From a virus (taxonomy: Duplodnaviria > Caudoviricetes): a stretch of DNA of 50,790 nt. Location: positions 1 to 50,790 of the IMG/VR virus record IMGVR_UViG_3300017912_000567. One strand, written 5' to 3'. Below, in pieces: positions 7,208-17,800 of this stretch; positions within the stretch are counted from its first letter, which is position 1, and each line of letters opens with the position of its first letter. Position numbers and translations under genes: made by a program. The notes below the pieces were generated by a model, which did no database searches, was not told where the DNA came from, and saw only the letters and a program-made list of their open reading frames with translations.

Positions 7208-9285
7208 TGGCAATAATAGATAACATCAAAAACTTTTTCACTGGTGAGCCTGAACACAAACAAAACTACTCTACTGTAGGTTTCTTTGGTGTTGGTACAG
7301 GTGATGCCAAACAATACAAATATCAAGACTTAGCAAAAGATGGCTATATGCAAAATGCCATTGTATATAGATGTGTTAATGAGATAGCCAATGGTGCAAG
7401 TGCAGTTCCTTACATGATTAAACAAGGTGACGATGTTCTTGAATATCACCCCATCATGGATTTGCTTGACAGACCTAACCCACTACAAAGTAATTCAGAG
7501 TTTTTTGCAAGTTTGTATGGATACTTACTTTTATCAGGTAACAGTTATGTATTAAAAGTTGGTGCAGATAATCAACCACCAAGCGAATTACATTTATTAA
7601 GACCTGATAGAATCACAATCAAAGGTGGACAAAACTATATACCTGAAAAATATCAATACATAATCAGTGGTCGTGTTCATGCAGAATATGACGTAGATCA
7701 AGAAACTGCTAATAGTGATCTCAAACAAATTAAGTTATGGAATCCATTAGATGATTACTATGGCTTATCACCGTTAGCTGCAGGTGCATTGGAGATAGAT
7801 CAACATAACATGGCTGCAAAGCATAATGTGAATCTTCTAAACAATGGTGCAAGACCAAGTGGTGCTGTCGTATTCAAACCGAAAGATGATCAAGGTTTTG
7901 CAGTAAATCTAACAGAATCACAAAGACAACAACTCTTAACAGATTTAAACAACAGATTTAGTGGTACAAGTAATGCAGGTAGACCAATGCTTCTTGAAGG
8001 AGATTTTGACTGGAAGGAGATGGGTTTATCACCGAAGGATATGGATTTCGGCAATCTTAAACACATGGCAACAACAGATATAGCATTATGTTTTGGTGTA
8101 CCCTCACAGCTTGTGGGTGTACCTGATGCACAGACATATGCAAACGTAGCAGAAGCAAGATTAGCCCTATACGAAGAAACAATCATTCCTTATCTTAAAA
8201 AGATAGAGTCTGATATGAACGAATGGCTTGTTCCTATGTTTGGAGAAGAGTTAATGTTCTGTTATGACATAGACTCAATACCTGCACTCTCAGAGAGAAG
8301 AAAAAAGATATACGAGAATGTATCAATGGCAGTAAGAGAAGGAATCATTACAAGAAATGAAGCAAGAGAAAGATTAGGGTTGTCACCATTGAATGGTGCA
8401 GACGATCTTCTTGTCAATGCCGCACTCTTCCCACTTGGTGCAGAAGAACCACCCAAGCCTGATCAAAGCAATGAAGAAGATGCTAAAGAATATGAAGATT
8501 TATTAGATAGTGAGATTGCAGAACTCTTAGCAGAAGAAAAACAAGAACAACCACTCTTTGATATTGATGACTATGAGATATTTGATGACCATAAAGCATT
8601 AGCAGATTTAGATTTAAAACCAACTGCAGGTATGGCAGAAGAAGCAGAACGTGGTCTTAACTGGAGAAAAGAGTTTGGTAGGGGTGGCACAAGGGTAGGT
8701 GTTGCAAGAGCAAACCAGTTGCTAAGACGTGAACGATTATCTCCTGATACTGTAAAACGTATGTTTAGTTTCTTTTCAAGACATGCAGTAGATGCACAAG
8801 CAGAAGGATTTAGACAAGGTGAAAAGGGGTATCCCAGTAATGGCAGGATCGCACATGCATTGTGGGGTGGCGACAGTGGTAAGACCTGGTCTAAGAAAAA
8901 AAGAGATCAAATAAATAGAGAACTGGAAAAGTCTTTTGATTTAGAAACCATAGAGTTTGTAGAGTTTGATGAATTCAAAGCACCAAAAGTATCTGCAAAG
9001 GTTAAAGAAGGTTTAAAGAAAAAAGTATCAGATCACAACGATAAGTACGGTGATAACCCTGCTAAACGTGTAAATCTTAGAATGTTAGAAGCTGTATTCC
9101 GTAGGGGTGTGGGAGCCTATAATACGAACCCCCAAAGCGTAAGACCAAGCGTAAGGTCAAGTGACCAGTGGGCATATGCTCGTGTTAATGCTTTCCTTCG
9201 TGCTGTGCGTACTGGTAAGTTTTCAGGTGGAAAGTTTGATACAGATTTATTACCTAAAGGACACCCACTAAGTACTAAAAAGTAA
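7207..9285 (+). CDS. HK97-family portal protein with two C-terminal accessory domains
   Basis: IVYRCVNEIA, RPNPLQS, LLLSGNSY, YGLSPL, NGARPSG, IALCFGVP, ITRNEARERLG. ATG overlaps the terL stop (TAATG). Confidence 0.95.
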   Translation: MAIIDNIKNFFTGEPEHKQNYSTVGFFGVGTGDAKQYKYQDLAKDGYMQNAIVYRCVNEIANGASAVPYMIKQGDDVLEYHPIMDLLDRPNPLQSNSEFFASLYGYLLLSGNSYVLKVGADNQPPSELHLLRPDRITIKGGQNYIPEKYQYIISGRVHAEYDVDQETANSDLKQIKLWNPLDDYYGLSPLAAGALEIDQHNMAAKHNVNLLNNGARPSGAVVFKPKDDQGFAVNLTESQRQQLLTDLNNRFSGTSNAGRPMLLEGDFDWKEMGLSPKDMDFGNLKHMATTDIALCFGVPSQLVGVPDAQTYANVAEARLALYEETIIPYLKKIESDMNEWLVPMFGEELMFCYDIDSIPALSERRKKIYENVSMAVREGIITRNEARERLGLSPLNGADDLLVNAALFPLGAEEPPKPDQSNEEDAKEYEDLLDSEIAELLAEEKQEQPLFDIDDYEIFDDHKALADLDLKPTAGMAEEAERGLNWRKEFGRGGTRVGVARANQLLRRERLSPDTVKRMFSFFSRHAVDAQAEGFRQGEKGYPSNGRIAHALWGGDSGKTWSKKKRDQINRELEKSFDLETIEFVEFDEFKAPKVSAKVKEGLKKKVSDHNDKYGDNPAKRVNLRMLEAVFRRGVGAYNTNPQSVRPSVRSSDQWAYARVNAFLRAVRTGKFSGGKFDTDLLPKGHPLSTKK

Positions 9286-10100
9286 TGTGGTCACTCAAAC
9301 AGTTGCGAACACTAAGACGTGGTCGTGTATCTGTTGCAAAAGAAACACGTAGACAATTACGCTTACAAAAAAATCTACAACGTCTTTATTTCAAAAGACT
9401 TAACACTTTATTCAGAAAGTTTGTAAACGTCAGAGCAGGTTTATATAAAGAGTATGGCATATATGACCAGTTAGTATCACAACGTGCATTACAGGAAGAA
9501 CTAGAACCTACTACACTGGCTCATTACAAAAGAATCTTTAGAACTGTAATCAACAACAACAATGAAGTAATAGACAGAGGTACAAAAGATGTGGAAGCCA
9601 TTGTACTTGGTCGTAGCATAGATTTTGAAAGGGTAGTCAACGAGTACTTTCAAACAAGGTCGCTCATACTAGCAGGTATATCTGCACGATTAGCTAGACG
9701 TATTGAAGTGCTTATACAAAGGGGAAGGGCAGAGAATCTTACACTACCACAGATAGCAAAAAGTATTTCTGACAATATGTTACCTATAAGCAGATCACGT
9801 GCTGCACTTATAGCAAGAACAGAAACACACAATGCTGCAAGTTTTGCAAACCATACTTATTACACAGAAGCTAAAAATGCTCTTGGTATTACAATGGTCA
9901 AAAGGTGGGTTTCAACAGGCGATACAAGAACAAGATCAAGTCATGCAAGTGCAAACGGTCAAACAGTACCAATGGATGAAAAGTTTATTGTGGGTGGTGT
10001 GCCAATGGAATATGCAGGTGACCCTGCAGGTGGTGCTAGTAACACAGTGAACTGTAGATGTGTGATCGTGTATGCTGACGAAAATGATGTGTTACAATAG
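9285..10100 (+). CDS. Head morphogenesis / minor head protein (Mu gpF / SPP1 gp7-like)
   Basis: RAALIARTETH, KRWVSTGDTRTRSSH, NCRC. Confidence 0.92.
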   Translation: MWSLKQLRTLRRGRVSVAKETRRQLRLQKNLQRLYFKRLNTLFRKFVNVRAGLYKEYGIYDQLVSQRALQEELEPTTLAHYKRIFRTVINNNNEVIDRGTKDVEAIVLGRSIDFERVVNEYFQTRSLILAGISARLARRIEVLIQRGRAENLTLPQIAKSISDNMLPISRSRAALIARTETHNAASFANHTYYTEAKNALGITMVKRWVSTGDTRTRSSHASANGQTVPMDEKFIVGGVPMEYAGDPAGGASNTVNCRCVIVYADENDVLQ

Positions 10101-10128
10101 TGAAGTTAGTATATTGAAAACATACTCC

Positions 10129-10154
10129 TAGGGGGGTTTGAGATAACCCCCCTA
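10129..10154. terminator. Hairpin between convergent genes, probable terminator
   Basis: TAGGGGGGTT-tgagat-AACCCCCCTA, perfect 10-bp stem. Confidence 0.75.
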
Positions 10155-10159
10155 TCTTC

Positions 10160-10510
10160 TTAGGTTTCCATCCATTTTTGTAATGCTTTAGCAACATACT
10201 TAGGTACTTCCCTTAGGTATTCTGTATCCATGTGCTTACGATCACCTTCAAGAACATTATGTTGTTTGAATCTTGGATCAAGATAAAAACAACCAAGATA
10301 TTCTCTATCCCAATCACCATATATCTCTTCCCATACACTAATCTCTAACATAACCCACCATTTATCATCTTCAAGATAATCCTTCATATATTCACTAAAT
10401 GAAATGGATTTTATTTCTGATAATCCAAGATGGTCACAATCACCATCCATATGTAAATCCTCAAAAGGTGTACATTGGGTAATTTGTATTTCGTAACTTT
10501 TCTTATTCAT
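10160..10510 (-). CDS. Hypothetical acidic protein, moron-like insertion
   Basis: Antisense to the head operon, with its own GGAG RBS, promoter TTGCAA-16-TATAAT and a downstream hairpin. Confidence 0.75.
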   Translation of the reverse strand: MNKKSYEIQITQCTPFEDLHMDGDCDHLGLSEIKSISFSEYMKDYLEDDKWWVMLEISVWEEIYGDWDREYLGCFYLDPRFKQHNVLEGDRKHMDTEYLREVPKYVAKALQKWMET

Positions 10511-10635
10511 ATTTACTCCGTAGTTATAAGTTTATTATAATAAACCAGATACGAATTGCAAGATATTTATTTACGATATGGGTTTTTTCTAAATCTTGTG
10601 CTAGACTTTGCTTTAAAGTACTATATATAGTAATT

Positions 10636-11697
10636 ATGCCGATACCGAAACCTAAGACAGGCGAAAGTAGACAACAATTTTTAGATAGATGTATGGGAGA
10701 TGACACTATGACAACAGAATACGATTCTGAACAACGTCTAGCTGTCTGTACTACAGAGTACAATTCTAAAGAAGATTCCAACGAGAATGACCACAAAGAG
10801 CAACTAAGACGTGACGTTTTTACAACTGAAGAAGAAGCTGAAGCAAGAGCAGAAGCAATAGGTTGCAGTGGCACACATAGCCACACTGAAGATGGTCAAA
10901 CAATCTTTATGCCATGTAGTTCACATGACGATTATGTAGAACGCACTGGTAGAGATGTCGCAGGTTACAAAAAGCCAAAGAAAAAAGAAGAAGATTGTGG
11001 GTGTGATAACTCTATGGACAATGTAGAGGATTTAAAATCTTTTATAGATATCAAAACAGAACTCAAAGCATGGCATGATGACGAAGATGAAGAAAAAGCC
11101 ACAGGCGAATTTGAAGGTTACGGTAGTGTGTTCAACAATACTGATCTTGGTAATGACGTTATTAGGAATGGTGCATTTAAAAAGTCTTTGTCAAGACGTG
11201 GTGCTAAAGGAGTTAAACTCTTATATCAACATAAATCAGATATGCCTATAGGTGTCTTTGAGTCAATCAAAGAAGATGAACACGGTTTAAAAGTTAAAGG
11301 CAGACTTGCAATGAAAACACAGGCAGGTCAAGAGGCATATGAATTAATGAAGATGGGTGCTTTAGATGGTCTTTCAATAGGCTTTAGAGTAAACCCTAAA
11401 AAAGTTTCTTACGATAAACGTAATAAAAAACGTGTTATTGATGAAGTAGATTTGATGGAGATATCTCTCGTTACGTTTCCTATGAATCCACAGGCGACTG
11501 TGCGTAGTGTGAAAGGCGAAGAAATTTCTATTAGGGAATGGGAAAATGGTATGCGAGATGCTTTTCATCTTTCTCGTTCAGAAGCAAAACAAGCTGCAAA
11601 AGCAGTTCATGAAGTATTTACTCAGCGAGATGTTGAGGACAGTACGGAATTGGTAGATGCCATAAAACAATTAACCAAAACCTTAAAACAAGCATAA
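10636..11697 (+). CDS. HK97-family prohead protease with N-terminal extension
   Basis: FEGYGSVF, LLYQH, GLSIGF, LMEISLVTFPMNP. Confidence 0.95.
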   Translation: MPIPKPKTGESRQQFLDRCMGDDTMTTEYDSEQRLAVCTTEYNSKEDSNENDHKEQLRRDVFTTEEEAEARAEAIGCSGTHSHTEDGQTIFMPCSSHDDYVERTGRDVAGYKKPKKKEEDCGCDNSMDNVEDLKSFIDIKTELKAWHDDEDEEKATGEFEGYGSVFNNTDLGNDVIRNGAFKKSLSRRGAKGVKLLYQHKSDMPIGVFESIKEDEHGLKVKGRLAMKTQAGQEAYELMKMGALDGLSIGFRVNPKKVSYDKRNKKRVIDEVDLMEISLVTFPMNPQATVRSVKGEEISIREWENGMRDAFHLSRSEAKQAAKAVHEVFTQRDVEDSTELVDAIKQLTKTLKQA

Positions 11698-11709
11698 TAG
11701 GAGAAAACT

Positions 11710-12927
11710 ATGTCAGAACATGACGTAAAAGAATCCCTTACAGAATTTGGTCAGGCTTTTGAAGAATTTAAGAAAGTCAATGACGAAAGACTGGAAGCGA
11801 TAGAAAAAGGCGAAGGTACAGCTTACTTAGACGAGAAGATGCAAAACATTGAGTCAAAACTTGATGCTTTTGAAGATATCTCACAGAAGCTAAACCAAGC
11901 CGAGTCCAATGCTGAAAACATCAAGGAGCAGGTTGCTAAACTAGAAACAGTCATCAAACGACCAAACTCAGGTTTAGACACCAAGCAAATTGATGAAAGG
12001 GTAGCTGCTTTTGATCTTTACTGCAGAAAGGGCATTGATGCTCTAGAACCTGCTGAAAAGAAAGCATTAACAGTATCCAATGACAGCACTGGTGGGTATC
12101 TTGCACCACCTGAGTACGTGAGAGAGTTACTTAAAACTGTAACTGAAATCTCACCAATCAGAAGTATTGCAAGAGTAAGAAGTACTGGACAAAGATCAAT
12201 CCAAGTTCCAAAAAGAACTTCACAGTTTGCTGCGGAATGGGTTGCTGAGTCAGGTACAAGAAGTGAAACTACTGGATATAACGTAGGTCTTGAAGAAATC
12301 CCTGCACATGAGCATTACGCTTTAGTGGATATTTCTGAGCAAGACTTAGAAGATTCAGTATTTGACCTAGAAGCTGAAATGCAATCAGAGTTTGCAGAGC
12401 AATTTGCAAAAGCTGAAGGTACAGCTTTCGTAAGTGGTAACTCAGTTGGAAAACCTGAAGGTATCTTAACTAACAGCAATGTTGGTGAAGCTAACTCAGG
12501 AAATGCATCTGCTCTTACTGCTGATGGTCTTATCACATTAGTGCATAGCATTAAATCTGATTACATCAGAAATGGTACATTTGTATTTAACAGATCAACT
12601 CTTTCTGCTATCAGAAAACTAAAAGATACTGCAGGACAGTACATCTTCCAACAAGGAATGATGTTGTCAGGTGGTATGTCATCAACAATCTTAGGGCACC
12701 CATATGTGGAAGCTACTGATATGCCTGATGTTGCTGCTAATGCGAATCCAATCGCATTTGGTGACTTCAACAGAGGTTATATGATTGTTGACAGGGTGGC
12801 TTTAGCAGTATTGCGTGACCCATTCACACAAGCTACAACTGGTAATGTAAGATACATTGCAAGACGTAGAGTTGGTGGACAGGTTGTTCAAGCTGAAGCT
12901 ATAGTAAAACAAAAAGTAGCATCATAA
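11710..12927 (+). CDS. HK97-family major capsid protein
   Basis: Coiled-coil delta domain, GGYLAPPE, WVAE, GKPEGIL, ILGHPY, IAFGDF, RRRVGG. GGAG RBS. Confidence 0.97.
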   Translation: MSEHDVKESLTEFGQAFEEFKKVNDERLEAIEKGEGTAYLDEKMQNIESKLDAFEDISQKLNQAESNAENIKEQVAKLETVIKRPNSGLDTKQIDERVAAFDLYCRKGIDALEPAEKKALTVSNDSTGGYLAPPEYVRELLKTVTEISPIRSIARVRSTGQRSIQVPKRTSQFAAEWVAESGTRSETTGYNVGLEEIPAHEHYALVDISEQDLEDSVFDLEAEMQSEFAEQFAKAEGTAFVSGNSVGKPEGILTNSNVGEANSGNASALTADGLITLVHSIKSDYIRNGTFVFNRSTLSAIRKLKDTAGQYIFQQGMMLSGGMSSTILGHPYVEATDMPDVAANANPIAFGDFNRGYMIVDRVALAVLRDPFTQATTGNVRYIARRRVGGQVVQAEAIVKQKVAS

Positions 12928-12937
12928 GGAGTAAATT

Positions 12938-13387
12938 ATGAGAGATTTAGCTAATAGTGTAAGTGTTGCTCAGTCCCTAGCACCTGCAGTGAGAACTGCT
13001 GATGCCAACGGAACTGGTATTGACCTTCAAGGGTTTGAATCAGCTACTATTGTTGTAGATACAGGAGCAGAGGGTGTAACCCTTTCTTCAAGTGTAAAGA
13101 TTGACTTTATTCTTGAGGACTCTACTGATGATTCAACATATTCTGCTGTAACAAGTAATAATCTTGTTACTGACGGTGCTGTTGATTCTTCAGGTATCTT
13201 TTTGACCTTAGACGCAAATGCAGAAACACCACAAGTAGCCAGTATTGGTTACGTTGGTGGTAAGAGATACGTTAGAGTAACTGCCGACTTCACAGGCTCA
13301 CACTCTACTGGTACTCCTATCGCTGTATCTGTGATCAAAGGACATCCTAGACACAACGTAGATGCTGATAGCAACTCAAGTCGTTAA
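12938..13387 (+). CDS. Probable capsid decoration/cement protein
   Basis: Beta-rich, follows the capsid gene, contains GYVGGKRYVRV; terminator immediately after. Confidence 0.6.
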   Translation: MRDLANSVSVAQSLAPAVRTADANGTGIDLQGFESATIVVDTGAEGVTLSSSVKIDFILEDSTDDSTYSAVTSNNLVTDGAVDSSGIFLTLDANAETPQVASIGYVGGKRYVRVTADFTGSHSTGTPIAVSVIKGHPRHNVDADSNSSR

Positions 13388-13397
13388 TTAGGCTTTT

Positions 13398-13427
13398 TGG
13401 GGGGTTTTATACCCCCCATCTTTTTTT
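13398..13427 (+). terminator. Rho-independent terminator after capsid/decoration genes
   Basis: TGGGGGGT-tttat-ACCCCCCA followed by TCTTTTTTT. Confidence 0.85.
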
Positions 13428-13440
13428 ATAGGTAAAGAGA

Positions 13441-13815
13441 ATGGCAGGAAAAAAATACAAAATCTTAGTTCCAAAAGCAGGAGCAGACGATAAATTCGGT
13501 ACACAGGTAAAACTTTATCAACTTGATGAAATAGTTGATGCCAAAGAAGAATGGCAAGATAGCTTAATGAGTGCATTTGTGCAGAACGGTTGGGCTATGG
13601 AAGTCAAAGCTGACAGTGCTGATGAATCCGTAGAAGTAGAAGCTGACATCAAAAGAGCAAGAAACAAAGATGGCACTTTAAAAGGTGACGATCCTAGTAC
13701 TCCTGATGTTAATGAAGCATGGGAAGGTGGTAAAGCACCTAAGAAAAAAGCTACTAAAAAGAAAAGCACTGCTAAAAAGACAACAGCAAAGAAAACTACC
13801 AAGAAAAAATCCTAA
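13441..13815 (+). CDS. Hypothetical protein with Lys/Ala/Thr-rich histone-H1-like tail
   Basis: RARNKDGTLKGDDPSTPDVNEAW motif, then KAPKKKATKKKSTAKKTTAKKTTKKKS. Confidence 0.75.
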   Translation: MAGKKYKILVPKAGADDKFGTQVKLYQLDEIVDAKEEWQDSLMSAFVQNGWAMEVKADSADESVEVEADIKRARNKDGTLKGDDPSTPDVNEAWEGGKAPKKKATKKKSTAKKTTAKKTTKKKS

Positions 13816-13823
13816 GGTGAGTC

Positions 13824-14384
13824 ATGAACTCACTTTGGTATCTGTATGACACAGAGTTTTCTACAGACGTTTGTGCTGACATACTAGGTAACTGGAATGA
13901 CTTTGAAGCACAGAAAGGTAAGGTAGGGGATAAACACTTTGCACACAAGGAATCTGTACGCAGTTCCAAGATCAACAAGTTTCCATACGGAACACCACAA
14001 CAAGCAGAGTTTCAAAAACTTTTAGAGCCATTTATAACTGTAGCTAACAGAGAATGTTTTGGCTTTAACCTAAATGGCTTTTGCGAATTTCAAATAGCAG
14101 AATACAACGTAGGTGACTTCTATGTTGAACACATTGATACCAACATCAATGATAGCGAGTCGCACAGAAAATTAAGCATAACTTTACAACTTACAGACCC
14201 TAACCTTTATGATGGGGGTGATTTTCAGTTTGGTTGCAACATTGCCAACCCTACAAGCGAAACATTAAGACAAAAAGGCTCTATGCTTTTATTCCCATCA
14301 TTCCTTCCCCATAGCGTATATAAAGTCACAAGAGGTAAGCGATATGCCCTTGTTGGTTGGTACGAAGGCAAGAAGTGGTCATAA
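13824..14384 (+). CDS. 2OG-Fe(II) oxygenase (prolyl-4-hydroxylase/PKHD-like)
   Basis: HID...RKLSITLQL...YDGGDF...FPSFLPHSV...RYALVGW (HxD...H...R). Confidence 0.92.
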   Translation: MNSLWYLYDTEFSTDVCADILGNWNDFEAQKGKVGDKHFAHKESVRSSKINKFPYGTPQQAEFQKLLEPFITVANRECFGFNLNGFCEFQIAEYNVGDFYVEHIDTNINDSESHRKLSITLQLTDPNLYDGGDFQFGCNIANPTSETLRQKGSMLLFPSFLPHSVYKVTRGKRYALVGWYEGKKWS

Positions 14385-14472
14385 ACACTATGGCAAATTA
14401 CACTAATGATGATATTATTAACAGAGCAGATGCACTTTGTGGTAGATACCATGTACACATTGGAGATTTTTA

Positions 14473-14823
14473 ATGACAGCAGGTTTCCACCATTTCGTTA
14501 TAGAACAAGGTGCTACATTTTCAAAAGTTCTTACGCTTAAAGATTCAAGCGATGCAGTAGTTGATTTAACAGGTTATGCAAGTGCCGAGATGGATTTGCG
14601 TAGAAATGCTGATGGCTCTGAAGTTTTAACCCTTACCACAAGCAACAGTAGAATATCTTTAGGTGATAGTGCAGGTACAGTAACACTCACAATATCAGCA
14701 ACAGATACAGCAAGTATGACTGTAGATGATGGTGTCTATGATTTAGAGATAGTCAGTGGTGGTGGTGTTGTAACAAGAATACTAGAAGGCACTTACAGTG
14801 TCCGACCAAACATAAGTAAATAA
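14473..14823 (+). CDS. Virion fibre-associated beta-sandwich protein (BppU N-terminal-like)
   Basis: IEQGATF, VDLTGY, GVYDLEI, RILEG. Coupled to the fibre gene. Confidence 0.6.
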   Translation: MTAGFHHFVIEQGATFSKVLTLKDSSDAVVDLTGYASAEMDLRRNADGSEVLTLTTSNSRISLGDSAGTVTLTISATDTASMTVDDGVYDLEIVSGGGVVTRILEGTYSVRPNISK

Positions 14824-17800
14824 TGGCAATATCTAAAGTAACAGTTAGCGACAACGATACCATCAATACCGTAGAGGTAGCAGATACAAATGCAATTACG
14901 GTTGTTACCGTAGGAACACAAGGTCCAGAGGGTCCAAACACGATATTAGGTGCAAGTGTTGCCAATGCTTACCCTGTAGGCTCTACAGACGATGGTGCAG
15001 GTCTTATCTATGACCATGCCAATACAAGGTGGTTAGCAACAACTAACAGTCTTGCTAATAGTCTAAACTTTAAAATACCCAACCTAACATTTAATTCAGG
15101 ACAAACAGTATCTTCTATACTTGATGAAGATAACATGGGTTCAGACAGTAATACTGCTCTTGCAACCCAACAATCCATTAAAGCATACGTAAATAGCCAA
15201 ATAGCAGGTGTTGATCTTGATTTTCAAGGCGATACTGGTGGTGCTTTATCTATTGTACTAGGTAGCGAAACATTAACCGTTGCAGGTGGTACTGGTATAG
15301 ATACTGTGGGTTCAGGTAACTCTTTAACAGTTGCGATTGACTCTACAGTAGCAACCTTAACTGGAACACAGACACTAACCAACAAAACATTAACAGCACC
15401 TATATTAAACACCGTTGACATCAATGGTGGTGATATTAGTAGTGCAACAACCATAAATAAGTCACCAACAATCACATTAGCAGGTGATCTAAGTGGTAAT
15501 GTTACTTTAACTAACTTAGGCGATGCCACATTGACTGCAACAGTGGTCAATAACGGTGTAGCACTAGGAACTGACACTACAGGCAACTATGTAGCCGAGA
15601 TCAGTGCAGGTGAAGGTATAGATGTAAGTGGCAGTGGCTCTGAAACAGCTACAGTAACGATATCTGCAGAAGATGCTACAGATAGCAATAAAGGTATTGC
15701 AAGTTTTGATGCAACAGACTTTAGCGTATCTAGTGGTGCTGTAACCATACAGACAGAAAGAATCCAAGACATAGTAGGTGCTATGGTTTCAAGTAATACC
15801 GAAAGTGGTATTGCTGTTACTTATGACGACACCAACGGAAAGCTAGACTTTGATGCAGAAGATTTTGTAATCAGTCTTGCAGGTGATCTTGGTGGTTCTG
15901 TAACCATAACCAATCTTGCTAGTGCAACATTAACAGCAACAATCCAAGCAAATAGTGTAGCCTTAGGCACAGATACAACAGGTAATTATCTAGCTACTCT
16001 TGCAGCTTCCAATAGTGGAATAGACGTAGCAAACAGTGGTTCTGAAAGTGCTGCTGTAACAGTCGGTCTAAATACTGAATACGTACAAGATTTAGTGGGT
16101 GGAATGGTAAGTTCCAACACAGAGTCAGGTATTGCAGTAACTTATGACGATACAAATGGCAAATTAGATTTTAATGTAAGTGACCCAGTTATTACGCTTA
16201 GTGGTGATGTAGCAGGTTCAGGTACGCTGACTAATCTCGGTGATCTGACTATTACAACCACCATTCAAGCTAATTCGGTGGCTCTTGGTACAGATACCAC
16301 TGGTAATTACATCGCTACAGCAACAGCAGGAGAGGGAATAGATATCTCAGGCAGTGGTAGTGAGTCTGCAGCTATTACCATAAGTGCCGAAGATGCCACC
16401 GACTCTAACAAAGGTATTGCATCTTTTGACAGTACTGACTTCACAGTATCAAGTGGTGCTGTCACAGTAAATGCTGAACGTGTGCAAGATATTGTTGGTG
16501 CAATGGTCACTAGCAATACAGAAAGTGGCATAACCGTAGAATACCAAGACAGCGATGGCACATTAGATTTTACCATTGGCACACTAAACCAAGACACCAC
16601 AGGGAACGCTGCAACTGCAACTGCTCTTGAAACAGCAAGAACAATCGGTGGTGTTTCTTTTGATGGTACAGCAAACATAGATTTAGCAGGTGTAAACACA
16701 ACAGGTAATCAAGATACCACTGGTAACTCTGCTACAACCACAGCTTTAGCCACTGCAAGAACAATACACGGTGTAAGTTTTGACGGAACTGCAAATATAG
16801 ATTTAACAGAAGTCGTACAAGATACTGTCGGTGGAATGTTCTCTAGTAATACTGAAACAGGTATTACAGCAACGTATCAAGATTCTGACGGAACAATAGA
16901 CTTAGTTGTTGGAACTCTTAACCAAGATACAACTGGTAATGCAGCCACAGCTACAGCTTTAGAAACTGCTCGTACAATAGCCCTGAGTGGCGATGTAACT
17001 GCATCAGGGGTTAGCTTTGATGGTACAGGCAACATTACCCTTAGTACCACAATCGGTGCAAACAGTGTAGCCTTAGGTACAGACACTACTGGAAACTATG
17101 TTGCTACTATTGCAGGTACAACTAACGAAATAGAGGTTAGTGGATCAGGTTCAGAAAGTGCAACAGTAACTATTGGCTTACCAAGTGATGTGACGATTGG
17201 AAATGATCTAACGGTTACAGGTGATCTTACAGTCAACGGAACTACTACAACTGTAGCCACAACGAATATGGTGGTTAGTGATAACCTCATAGAACTTAAC
17301 AATGGTGCTTCTTCCAATGCCAATGATTCAGGTATTGTTATTGAAAGAGGTAGCACAGGTGATAACGCAATCATCATGTGGGACGAAAGTGCTGATAAAT
17401 TTACAGTCGGTACAACCACAGCAACAGGTGCAAGTACAGGTAACTTAACCGTAACCACAGGCACACTGGTAGCAAATATAGAAGGCAATGTTACAGGAAA
17501 CGTCACAGGAAACGTAACTGGTGATCTCACAGGTAATGCTGATACTGCTACTGCATTAGAAACTGCTAGGACAATACATGGAGTATCTTTTGATGGCTCT
17601 GCAAATATAGACCTTAGTGAAGTTATCCAAGACACAGTGGGTGCTATGTTTAGTAGCAACACAGAAACAGGATTATCTGCAACATACCAAGATGGTGACG
17701 GTACTATTGATCTTGTTGTTGGTAGTGGTGATATCACTAATGCAATGTTGGCAGGTTCTATTGCCAATGCAAAACTTGCAAACTCTTCTGTAACCATATC

